Source of the DNA: Candidatus Saccharimonas aalborgensis | GTDB taxonomy: Bacteria; Patescibacteriota; Saccharimonadia; Saccharimonadales; Saccharimonadaceae | Assembly: GCF_000392435.1 (NCBI RefSeq) | Contig: NC_021219.1 | Location: 120,001-152,000 of the forward strand | DNA length: 32,000 bases | Direction: 5' to 3' | Part shown: piece after piece, positions 24,658-32,000 of the stretch | Position numbering within the stretch: position 1 is the first letter of the stretch | How the letters are laid out: every line of letters starts with the position of its first letter | Notes under the pieces: model-generated | Told to the model about the DNA's origin: nothing | What the model saw: the letters and a program-made list of their open reading frames with translations, nothing else | The model's database searches: none | Program-made: the position numbers and the translations under genes

Positions 24658-27531
24658 TTAGACAACGATACTCAATAATTTGTGTTTGATGTAGATAATC
24701 TTTTTTGGCTCACCACTGAGATAGCCCGCTACAGCATGATCAGCAAGCGCCAGCGCCGTAATCTCTGCCTCATCTTTGTCGACACCGACAGTGAGTTTAG
24801 CACGAACCTTGCCATTGACTTGCACCACAATCGTCATCGTATCGCTCACCAAATATTCGTCATTCCATGCAGGCCACCCAGACTCTTCAAGCGAAGATTC
24901 GTTGCCGAGCTGTTGCCATAGCTCAGCGCCAAGGTGGGGAGCCATCGGTGCGATCAGGCGGGCGAGCGCATCAACAGCTTCTGCCCACTCTGGCCCCGCG
25001 AAGCCATCCAGCTTGTACTTGTAGAGTTCGTTGACGTATTCCATCAATGCGGCAATTGCCGTGTTGAAGCTTAATCGACGATAATCATCAGTTACTTTCC
25101 TGATAGTGCGATGCGTCAAAGAGCGGACTGCAGTCGCCTGCGCGGAAGTGCCTTCATGATCGCTCTCCAGGTATTCCTGTGTCAGTGTCCAAGTACGATT
25201 GAGAAATCGATAGATCCCGGCGATTCCCCGACTACTCCAGCTCGAGTTTTCGTTGATTGGCCCGAGAAACAGACAAAATACTCTGAGAGCGTCGGCACCA
25301 TACCCCTGATCGATAACATCCAGCGGATCGACGACATTGCCGAGACTCTTGCTCATCTTTCGTCCATCCTCGGCACCTATGAGCCCGTGATACACCAGTT
25401 GTTTGACAGGCTCATCGAACTCAACTAGTCCCATGTCGCGAAAAACGTGTGTCCAGAAGCGTACATAGAGCAGATGAGCGACTGCGTGATCGCCACCAAC
25501 GTACATGTCGAGTGGTGCCCAAAAATCCGCTTTTTCTTTCGACCATGGTGCATGCTCATTGAGCGGATCAGTGTAGCGAAAGAGGTACCACGACGAACAC
25601 GCGTAGCCATCCATCGTATCGGTCTCGCGCTGTGCCGGACCGCCACAGGCTGGGCACGTGGTATTAACCCAATCTGTTTCGCGTGCAAGTACAGACTTTC
25701 CATCACCTTTTGGTGCATGATCTTCGACAGGCGGCAACAACACCGGCAACTCATCGGCCGGTACGGCTACCGCACCATCCTTTTCGCAGTGAATAATCGG
25801 GATCGGCGCGCCCCAATACCGCTGACGGCTCACCAGCCAGTCACGCATCTTGTAGGTTATCTTTGCACGACCTATCCCCTGTTGTTCGAGCCACGCAACG
25901 ACTTGCTCGCGCGCTTCATAACTTGTCATTCCATCAAATATACCGGAATGCACCAGTACGCCTTCGTTTGCGAACAGATTTTTTTCTCCCTCAAGCCATC
26001 GCAAAATATGCTGAAGCTCAGAAATGGGTTTTAACGTGGGCAAGACGTCTTTTTTCACCCACATGGGCTCAAAGTCTTCATGAGCTTCACGCTGAAGCTC
26101 GACGGAATCAAGTGAGTTGAGACGAAAGCGCACAACAGTCGTCAGAATATTACGGTTGACATCCTTGTGGGCAGCATAAAACTTACTGTTTATCTTTGCG
26201 GGCATGGCCTCAATAAACGTCATATCGGTATAACCGGTTTCCTCTGCGATTTCTCGCCGCGCCGCTTCTTCGGCCGTTTCGCTATCCTCGACACCGCCCA
26301 TGACAAATCCGTGCCATGGCAGCTTATTCCACTTGAGCGTCAGGTACTCGCCATTTGTCGGGTGTTCGATAATACACATTACGACATTTCTATCAGTGTC
26401 TTGTTTGCCTTTTTGAGGGGGATTTTCCTGATCATAGAGGCTTTCGGCGATGACCTGAACAATCGGTAAATCAAACTTCGATGCAAATTCATAGTCACGG
26501 GTATCATGAGCTGGCACCGCCATGATTGCACCCGTGCCATAGCCCCAAAGCACATAGTCGGCTACCCATATCGGGATACGTTCACCGTTCGCAGGATTGA
26601 TGGCATAGGAGCCCGTTGGAACACCCGTTTTTTCTTTGCCCTCGCTCATTCGCTCTATTTCTGAACGCTTCAGAGACGCATCAATATATGACTTTACTAC
26701 CTCGTAAGTATCAGCGTTCGTAAGCTCAAGGGCAAGTGGGTGTTCGGGAGCAAGCACGAGAAAGGTCGCACCAAATACCGTATCGGGGCGTGTCGAAAAA
26801 ACGGTTAATTGTGCTTTGGTTTTTTCGACAGAGAAGGTAATCTCTGCCCCCTGGCTCTTGCCAATCCAGTTTTCCTGCGCGGTCTTGATTTTATCTGGCC
26901 AATTGAGAGCCGGCAACTCCTCAAGCAATGCCTCGGCATAATCAGTAATCTTGAAAAACCACTGTTTCATCGATTTCTTCACTACTTCGTTTTCGCAGCG
27001 CCAGCATTTGCCGTCGATCACCTGTTCGTTCGCAAGTACGGTCTTATCGACAGGACACCACCACTGCATCGATTCTTTTTGATATGCTAAGCCACGCTTG
27101 AAAAATTCAGCAAAAATCCACTGCGTCCATTTATAATATGACGGATCGCTGGTGTTGATTTCTCGCGACCAGTCGAGGCTTGCTCCCATGCGCACAAGCT
27201 GATTCTTGAAGCTAGCGATATTGTAACGCGTCGTTTCGGCAGGTGGTTTGCCAGTCTTGATCGCATAATTTTCTGCAGGCAGACCAAAGGCATCCCATCC
27301 CATAGGGTTAAGTACGTTGTAGCCCTGTTGTCGATGAAACCGCGCTACCGAGTCGACAATGGCATGCTCAAAGGCGTGCCCAGTATGCATGCCGGCCCCG
27401 CTGGGGTAAGGAAACATGCAAGAAATATAGTATTTATTTTTGGCCGAATCCTCGACAACATCATAGCGATGGTCGTTCGCCCATTGTTGTTGCCATTTTG
27501 GCTCGATACTTGCAGGATCATAGCGCTTCAT
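24658..27531 (-). CDS. leuS: Leucyl-tRNA synthetase with an inserted Nudix domain
   Basis: MKRYDPASIEPKWQQQW...FPYPSGAGMHTGHAFEHAIVD, GWDAFGLPAENYAI, SVLxRE..., YGADALRVFCLFLGP; inserted Nudix segment about 25978-26439. Confidence 0.95.
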   Translation of the reverse strand: MKRYDPASIEPKWQQQWANDHRYDVVEDSAKNKYYISCMFPYPSGAGMHTGHAFEHAIVDSVARFHRQQGYNVLNPMGWDAFGLPAENYAIKTGKPPAETTRYNIASFKNQLVRMGASLDWSREINTSDPSYYKWTQWIFAEFFKRGLAYQKESMQWWCPVDKTVLANEQVIDGKCWRCENEVVKKSMKQWFFKITDYAEALLEELPALNWPDKIKTAQENWIGKSQGAEITFSVEKTKAQLTVFSTRPDTVFGATFLVLAPEHPLALELTNADTYEVVKSYIDASLKRSEIERMSEGKEKTGVPTGSYAINPANGERIPIWVADYVLWGYGTGAIMAVPAHDTRDYEFASKFDLPIVQVIAESLYDQENPPQKGKQDTDRNVVMCIIEHPTNGEYLTLKWNKLPWHGFVMGGVEDSETAEEAARREIAEETGYTDMTFIEAMPAKINSKFYAAHKDVNRNILTTVVRFRLNSLDSVELQREAHEDFEPMWVKKDVLPTLKPISELQHILRWLEGEKNLFANEGVLVHSGIFDGMTSYEAREQVVAWLEQQGIGRAKITYKMRDWLVSRQRYWGAPIPIIHCEKDGAVAVPADELPVLLPPVEDHAPKGDGKSVLARETDWVNTTCPACGGPAQRETDTMDGYACSSWYLFRYTDPLNEHAPWSKEKADFWAPLDMYVGGDHAVAHLLYVRFWTHVFRDMGLVEFDEPVKQLVYHGLIGAEDGRKMSKSLGNVVDPLDVIDQGYGADALRVFCLFLGPINENSSWSSRGIAGIYRFLNRTWTLTQEYLESDHEGTSAQATAVRSLTHRTIRKVTDDYRRLSFNTAIAALMEYVNELYKYKLDGFAGPEWAEAVDALARLIAPMAPHLGAELWQQLGNESSLEESGWPAWNDEYLVSDTMTIVVQVNGKVRAKLTVGVDKDEAEITALALADHAVAGYLSGEPKKIIYIKHKLLSIVV

Positions 27532-27591
27532 TGGCATTAGTATACCAAAATCGCCCCTGATTGTCAGGGGCGATCGTTGCATCTGTCTTAC

Positions 27592-29028
27592 TTAGCAACC
27601 GCCCATACTGAGGCTACGCGTAACCGGGGCCATTTTTGTTTCATCGTAGTACACCACTTTTCCTGCATCAGTACCACAACGGACATACTGAATGGTCGAC
27701 TTATTGCTTGGAGGCGTGCTTACCACTGTAAAGGAAGGGTCATCGAGACGTGAATCGGTATTTTTCGCAAAATCTGCGATGGTCGCTGGATATTCACCTT
27801 CTAGGGCATAATAGACTTCAGCTTTTTTTATCACCATATTTGCATTTGTTTGAGCGGTCGTCGTATTGGCTTTTGCTGTAATCGACATGCTACCTGAAAC
27901 AACACTTGGTTCGACATCCTGTACGAAGTCAGAAAAAGACGTCACCCATTCTTTGGCCGTCATCGTATCTCGTGGAGGAGTCGATACTACAGATTGATCA
28001 TAGGTAAGGTCTGAGACCATAGTAAGAGACAGGTCTTTTCCATCTTGTTGAGCTCCTTTGACAACTGTTGCCGCGTCAACTCTCCGTAGCGTATGGCTCC
28101 ACGGATCAACCCAGAGGGTCACAGTTGGCCCGAGGTCAGGCATAGAATCAACGGTCATTGCTTGATCGACGCCACTCGCCGATGAGAGCGCTTCGGTCGA
28201 TGGATTGCAGGCATCTACTGCCTTGAAATATGCCGTAGTCTTCATCGCTGTCGAGAAATCGCTCGCCTTTGCTTTGTCAATCGTTATTTCGTAGCCATTA
28301 AGCCCATCTTTACTTTTGGTTGTTCCGCTCAGTTTTATAAACGGATGCGCGAGATAGAGCTTTTTTATCTCTTCCGTCGCCGCTTTATCGCGGTCAATAC
28401 GCTTGTAGGCGTCAATGAGGCAACTATAGGTCTTTGCGGCATCGGGCGCATCGGCTTTCATTTCTTGCAGAGTATACTTGGCCCATTTGCCATCAATTTT
28501 GTCCAGGTCGTCCTGTGCTTTTTGTGGCAGCGAGGGATTGCCGGTGTATTTTGAGGCTAGCTTACTCAGTATTTCTTTTATGCCACTTAGCTTGAAATAG
28601 ATATCACCGCTATCGGCGACATACGCAGCGCCTTTTGTGGTGTAGTCCTTTCCATCCCAGGTGAACTCAACTTCGGCATTTTCATCCGCGAGCGACTGCA
28701 TACTGGCACGTGAGTCAAAGGTCAGACGCTTGATCGTGAAGGTCCCGCTCTCACCACCGTCAACTTTCCAATTTGAGGTAATGGTCGTTTTTGACTGAAC
28801 AGCCCGTGCAGACATAAGATTCATGATAGCGTCGCTAACGACTTTCTCCGGCCGCTGATAGATGAGCGCCAGGGCAGTCCCCGTTCCAGCAAGGATGAGT
28901 GCCGACGCGCCGGCGACAATGCCGATGATAAGTTTTTTGCGCGACTTCTTAACATCGTTCTGGTTAGGAGCGTGTGGTAACTGTGTTGGATCTTTTTCGA
29001 CTGGGGTAGTTGGTTCTTGCGGTAACAT
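27592..29028 (-). CDS. Membrane-anchored extracellular hypothetical protein
   Basis: N-terminal cytoplasmic tail, TM segment (KLIIGIVAGASALILAGTGTALALI), long Thr/Ser-rich exterior with pilin-like end region. Confidence 0.65.
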   Translation of the reverse strand: MLPQEPTTPVEKDPTQLPHAPNQNDVKKSRKKLIIGIVAGASALILAGTGTALALIYQRPEKVVSDAIMNLMSARAVQSKTTITSNWKVDGGESGTFTIKRLTFDSRASMQSLADENAEVEFTWDGKDYTTKGAAYVADSGDIYFKLSGIKEILSKLASKYTGNPSLPQKAQDDLDKIDGKWAKYTLQEMKADAPDAAKTYSCLIDAYKRIDRDKAATEEIKKLYLAHPFIKLSGTTKSKDGLNGYEITIDKAKASDFSTAMKTTAYFKAVDACNPSTEALSSASGVDQAMTVDSMPDLGPTVTLWVDPWSHTLRRVDAATVVKGAQQDGKDLSLTMVSDLTYDQSVVSTPPRDTMTAKEWVTSFSDFVQDVEPSVVSGSMSITAKANTTTAQTNANMVIKKAEVYYALEGEYPATIADFAKNTDSRLDDPSFTVVSTPPSNKSTIQYVRCGTDAGKVVYYDETKMAPVTRSLSMGGC

Positions 29029-29069
29029 AGCGTGTTATTCCTTTAGTATCCTCTTGGACTCCATTATAG

Positions 29070-30389
29070 TTACTTTTGTTCAGAAAATTGAGAGAAAAAC
29101 TCATTTTTTTTGGCCATCCATGCCTCTGATTGTCTGACGAGTTCCTTGTCTTCAGTCATGTCACAGAGTATCTTAACGGCTTCCTCAAGATAACTATTAT
29201 CTTGTGAGCCGGTTGCCAGAATCACCGACCCCTCCTCTGTTACTGTCCTGATAAACTCGCCCGCCTCGACAGCAGTTCTGCAGCACTTCACCTGGCAACC
29301 TCGTTGACGAGCAATTGGTGCGAGATAGTTCTGAGTATCATTGCCGACCGTCACTACCCACGCAAGCATATTGGGGTCACAGAGGGCACCAATCTTCTCA
29401 TGCTCGATCTGGCTTGATTGTCCCAAATTGTGCATATCACCAATGAGAGCAATGCGCTGAGGGGCTTGGTCAAAGAGATACAGCACCTGGATAGCGGCCG
29501 AAACGGTAGAGGGGTTTGACGTATAGGTGTCATCGATGATTATCGTCCCGCCAATGCCACGCAGTAGTTGCATGCGGCCGGGCACTGATCGGATCAAATC
29601 AATGCCTTTTCGGATTTCTTCAGGTGTAAGCATCATTTTTGCCGCCACCGCCACCGCTGCCATGACCGGACGAATACTGTGTTCCCCCACCACGTTTATT
29701 GTCACGGGAAACGGACTGGGGTATTCGGGCGCAATGATAACGCCGCTATAGCCTTGATACGGCGCAAAGTCTTGCTGTTCGAATCGATACTCTGCGGCTC
29801 CTGATGTACCATAGGTCGAAAAGTTAGGATTTGTCTCCAGGTTGGCAAATCGTCCGTCGACATCGTCGCGATTGATCAACACCTGGCGCGAAAAACCAGA
29901 AATAGACAGTTCCTCTTGCGCAACCGATTCGATCGAACCGAATTGTTCGATATATTCGGAGGAGACTGACGTCACGACTGCAATATCCGGTACCAGGTAC
30001 CGAGTATAGATTGCCATGGTGTTTGGATGATCAATTTGCAGTTCTACGATAATGACGTCGGTATCAGTTGCAGAGGCTATATGACGTCGCGCTGTCTTGA
30101 ACACCGACCTCCATTCGCGGATACTTCCGACGTCCTGCGGAGGAGTTATGCCGAGGATCGCAAGTGGTACCGCTAACTCACTATCGACAGCAACCTCACC
30201 TTCATGCATCCTGATACGAAACCGACTAGACAACACATCGGCGATCGCACGCTTGGTGCTTGTTTTGCCGACAGTGCCAGTCACGACAATGATCTTAACG
30301 TCAGGATGTCTCGCAACATACTTTTTGACATACTTTTCGAGCTTTGATTGCACATATTTCTTTAGCATACTGCCTTTATCATACTGCAT
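29070..30389 (-). CDS. Mur ligase family protein (MurF-like, short N-terminal region)
   Basis: IIVVTGTVGKTSTKRAIADVL, VSSEYIEQFGSIESVAQEE, GRMQLLRGIGGTIIIDDTYTSNPSTVSAAIQVL, RIALIGDMHNLG. Confidence 0.87.
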   Translation of the reverse strand: MQYDKGSMLKKYVQSKLEKYVKKYVARHPDVKIIVVTGTVGKTSTKRAIADVLSSRFRIRMHEGEVAVDSELAVPLAILGITPPQDVGSIREWRSVFKTARRHIASATDTDVIIVELQIDHPNTMAIYTRYLVPDIAVVTSVSSEYIEQFGSIESVAQEELSISGFSRQVLINRDDVDGRFANLETNPNFSTYGTSGAAEYRFEQQDFAPYQGYSGVIIAPEYPSPFPVTINVVGEHSIRPVMAAVAVAAKMMLTPEEIRKGIDLIRSVPGRMQLLRGIGGTIIIDDTYTSNPSTVSAAIQVLYLFDQAPQRIALIGDMHNLGQSSQIEHEKIGALCDPNMLAWVVTVGNDTQNYLAPIARQRGCQVKCCRTAVEAGEFIRTVTEEGSVILATGSQDNSYLEEAVKILCDMTEDKELVRQSEAWMAKKNEFFSQFSEQK

Positions 30390-30419
30390 ACGCCTAAGGG
30401 AGACTAGTCTGTATGAGTC

Positions 30420-30448
30420 TTGAAAAAACGTTACTCCCGAGATATACT
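30420..30448 (+). promoter_or_regulatory. Promoter upstream of the truncated tRNA-Gly copy
   Basis: TTGAAA - 17 nt - TATACT. Confidence 0.65.
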
Positions 30449-30468
30449 CACTTAGTACAGTAAAATAC

Positions 30469-30492
30469 GCGGGTTTAGCTCAGTTGTTAGAG
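30469..30492 (+). pseudogene. Truncated tRNA-Gly 5' fragment
   Basis: GCGGGTTTAGCTCAGTTGTTAGAG identical to the start of tRNA-Gly at 30647, then diverges. Confidence 0.85.
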
Positions 30493-30640
30493 TGAGAATC
30501 TCCGGCAGAGATTCGGAAACGGACTTTCCGATGAAAACTACGTTTTCAATAGTGAAATCCGGGGGTCGCGGGACGTGACCTGCCTTGCAAGGCCAAGGAA
30601 GCTAACACAGGAGCGCACCTCGTACGCACATTGTTACCAA
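30493..30640 (+). ncRNA. Candidate structured RNA fused to the truncated tRNA-Gly fragment
   Basis: TGAGAA start, hairpins GAATCTC-CGGCA-GAGATTC, CGGA-CTT-TCCG, GAAAAC-TAC-GTTTTC, GGTC-GCGGGACGT-GACC; contains GCCAAGGAAG from the tRNA-Gly anticodon arm. Confidence 0.5.
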
Positions 30641-32000
30641 CCATACGCGGGTTTAGCTCAGTTGTTAGAGCGCTTCCTTGCCAAGGAAGAGGTCGAGAGT
30701 TAGAGTCTCTTAACCCGCACCAAATATTTGAATTATGAGCCGAAAGGCTCTTTTTCTTTGCCTCAACGATGGTTCTAAAGGGGTCGTTTAGTATATAAGA
30801 CAGCTTTTTGTCCTTTAATTCAATGTTTGAAAGTACGTATTCCAATAACTTCTGTCGTAGCCCCTCATCGCTCTCTTTGAACAACTGGTCAGCCCGTTGA
30901 GCCAAGTCTAACAGGTAAGAGGCGGTTACTTGGAACTGTTTGTTATCATTTGTTAGCAACTTTAGGCGGTCATTCAGTTCCTGCTGTTTCTTTTCTAGCT
31001 CAGTTGCAATTTCATCGTGGAATGTCTGTGTAATACGACCCTCAAGTAAGTCATAGTAAACCTTACGCATTTTGTCCTTGAGCTTGTCGTACTCAGCACG
31101 GGTCTGCTCAATGTTTTGCGTAAAGTAGGTTTGCTGGTCGTTATGACGGTTACGCAGCTCGGCAATGACTTTATCTAACCAATTTTCTGGCACGTCTATA
31201 AACCCTATATCTGCCGCTACTTCATCAATTACGAGGCTCACGGCTGTATTAGGATTATCGCACTTGGAGTTAGCACATCGCAAATACACTGTGTTGCGAG
31301 CCTTGAATGGCGATACTGCACGTCCGCACTTGCCGCACTTCACTATCTTTTTGAGTGTAAAGTCTTTGCTATCGTACTTAGTCTTTTCGTGTTTACGCTC
31401 ATCACGGACACGCTGCACTTGGTTGAACAAGGCACGGCTGATTAGCGGCTTGTACTTGTGTGGGTACTCTCTGCCAGCGTGTACCATAACGCCATAGTAG
31501 AATGGGTTGCTCAAGATGCGTTCAAGAAACTGCTTACTTGGTGCTTTACTGCCAGCGATATTGCTACGAAAACCCATCTCACGAAGTTCTTTTGCAATGA
31601 CAGCATACGACATACCTCTTGCTCGCAGTTCATACGCTTTTACAATGTAGTGTGCCTTTGCATCATCAACTTCAATATCTTTGAGTGGTTTCTGTGGCGT
31701 ACCGCCCTTCAGCACGTTTAGATAGCCAATAGGAGCACGATGTACCCAAATGCCCTCACTCAGCATCTGCTCAAAGCGGCGTTTTACATTATCACGGATA
31801 CTATCTGAGTAGTATTTTGCCAGTGCCATACCAATACCTAGCCGAAACCAATCAGCAGCCGATGAGTTTTTATCAATGTACAGGCTATCGTTAGGGAAGT
31901 GCAGCTCAATCTTGCCTTGTTTGACCAACTGCTGCAATGCTTTTACTTCTTCTTGGCTACTATCACGAGTAAGGCGGTCTATCTTATCAAAGACTACGTA
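30546..32000 (-). CDS. Serine recombinase, 5' end off window; ORF reads through tRNA-Gly
   Basis: VVFDKIDRLTRDSSQEEVKALQQLVKQGKIELHFPND...FFRLGIGMALAKYYSDSIRDNVKRR; zinc-ribbon KCGKCGRAVSPFK; C-terminal tail GLRDSNSRPLPWQGSALTTELNP is antisense tRNA. Confidence 0.88.
   Translation of the reverse strand, partial: YVVFDKIDRLTRDSSQEEVKALQQLVKQGKIELHFPNDSLYIDKNSSAADWFRLGIGMALAKYYSDSIRDNVKRRFEQMLSEGIWVHRAPIGYLNVLKGGTPQKPLKDIEVDDAKAHYIVKAYELRARGMSYAVIAKELREMGFRSNIAGSKAPSKQFLERILSNPFYYGVMVHAGREYPHKYKPLISRALFNQVQRVRDERKHEKTKYDSKDFTLKKIVKCGKCGRAVSPFKARNTVYLRCANSKCDNPNTAVSLVIDEVAADIGFIDVPENWLDKVIAELRNRHNDQQTYFTQNIEQTRAEYDKLKDKMRKVYYDLLEGRITQTFHDEIATELEKKQQELNDRLKLLTNDNKQFQVTASYLLDLAQRADQLFKESDEGLRQKLLEYVLSNIELKDKKLSYILNDPFRTIVEAKKKSLSAHNSNIWCGLRDSNSRPLPWQGSALTTELNPRMVGNNVRTRCAPVLASLALQGRSRPATPGFHY
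30647..30722 (+). tRNA. tRNA-Gly (anticodon GCC)
   Basis: Acceptor GCGGGTT/AACCCGC, anticodon arm CTTCC-TTGCCAA-GGAAG, T-stem GAGAG/CTCTT, encoded ACCA; atypical T-loop TTAGAGT. Confidence 0.88.

Noticed and set aside
24270-24689. 139-aa ORF 24270-24689 (+)
   Set aside because: Out-of-frame GC-rich ORF (RRPNRPRGDCHRDDGAISPGRADAPARR...) overlapping the better-supported 97-aa TM protein with RBS and promoter.
25111-27540. Plus-strand ORFs and minus ORFs antisense or overlapping within leuS (25111-25428, 25447-26034, 25863-26120, 26167-26469, 26809-27090, 27328-27540)
   Set aside because: All lie within the strongly supported leuS coding sequence.

Overview
The window reads as a Patescibacteria/Saccharibacteria (TM7)-like chromosome segment; this lineage call comes from gene content and style, not from a search. 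Backbone genes are pheS (partial), rmuC, PAP2 phosphatase, GNAT, M20 peptidase, a YerC/TrpR-like regulator, a split ThrE exporter, rpsP-khpA-trmD, rnc, a NUDIX gene, nusB, rpmF, leuS and a Mur ligase. An AT-rich island of roughly 7.0-16.3 kb begins at tRNA-Gln(CTG). It carries a large serine recombinase, a small HTH protein, a compact structured RNA with its own promoter-like box and terminator, a Q-rich one-TM protein, a type III restriction-modification pair (mod/res), and a TauE/SafE gene between inverted repeats. A second serine recombinase abuts and overlaps tRNA-Gly(GCC) at the right end. The most interesting signals are: (1) two loci (about 6685-6955 and 30469-30640) where a promoter drives a truncated tRNA 5' fragment fused to a structured sequence, immediately upstream of the intact tRNA and a convergent serine recombinase; the two share a TGAGAA-hairpin-TTCG start and an identical GCGGGACGT hairpin loop; (2) a 47-48 nt structured motif repeated at both ends of the island; (3) a complete Nudix box embedded in LeuRS; (4) a tRNA-Gly in which the conserved G19:C56 elbow pair is replaced by U19:A56; (5) an about 405 bp near-perfect inverted repeat around rpsP-khpA-trmD that carries divergent promoters; (6) GC-rich mini-cassettes with AT-rich consensus promoters; (7) an aquaporin-like protein lacking the usual NPA-following arginine; (8) a ThrE gene broken by a frame change. 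No CRISPR array was seen.
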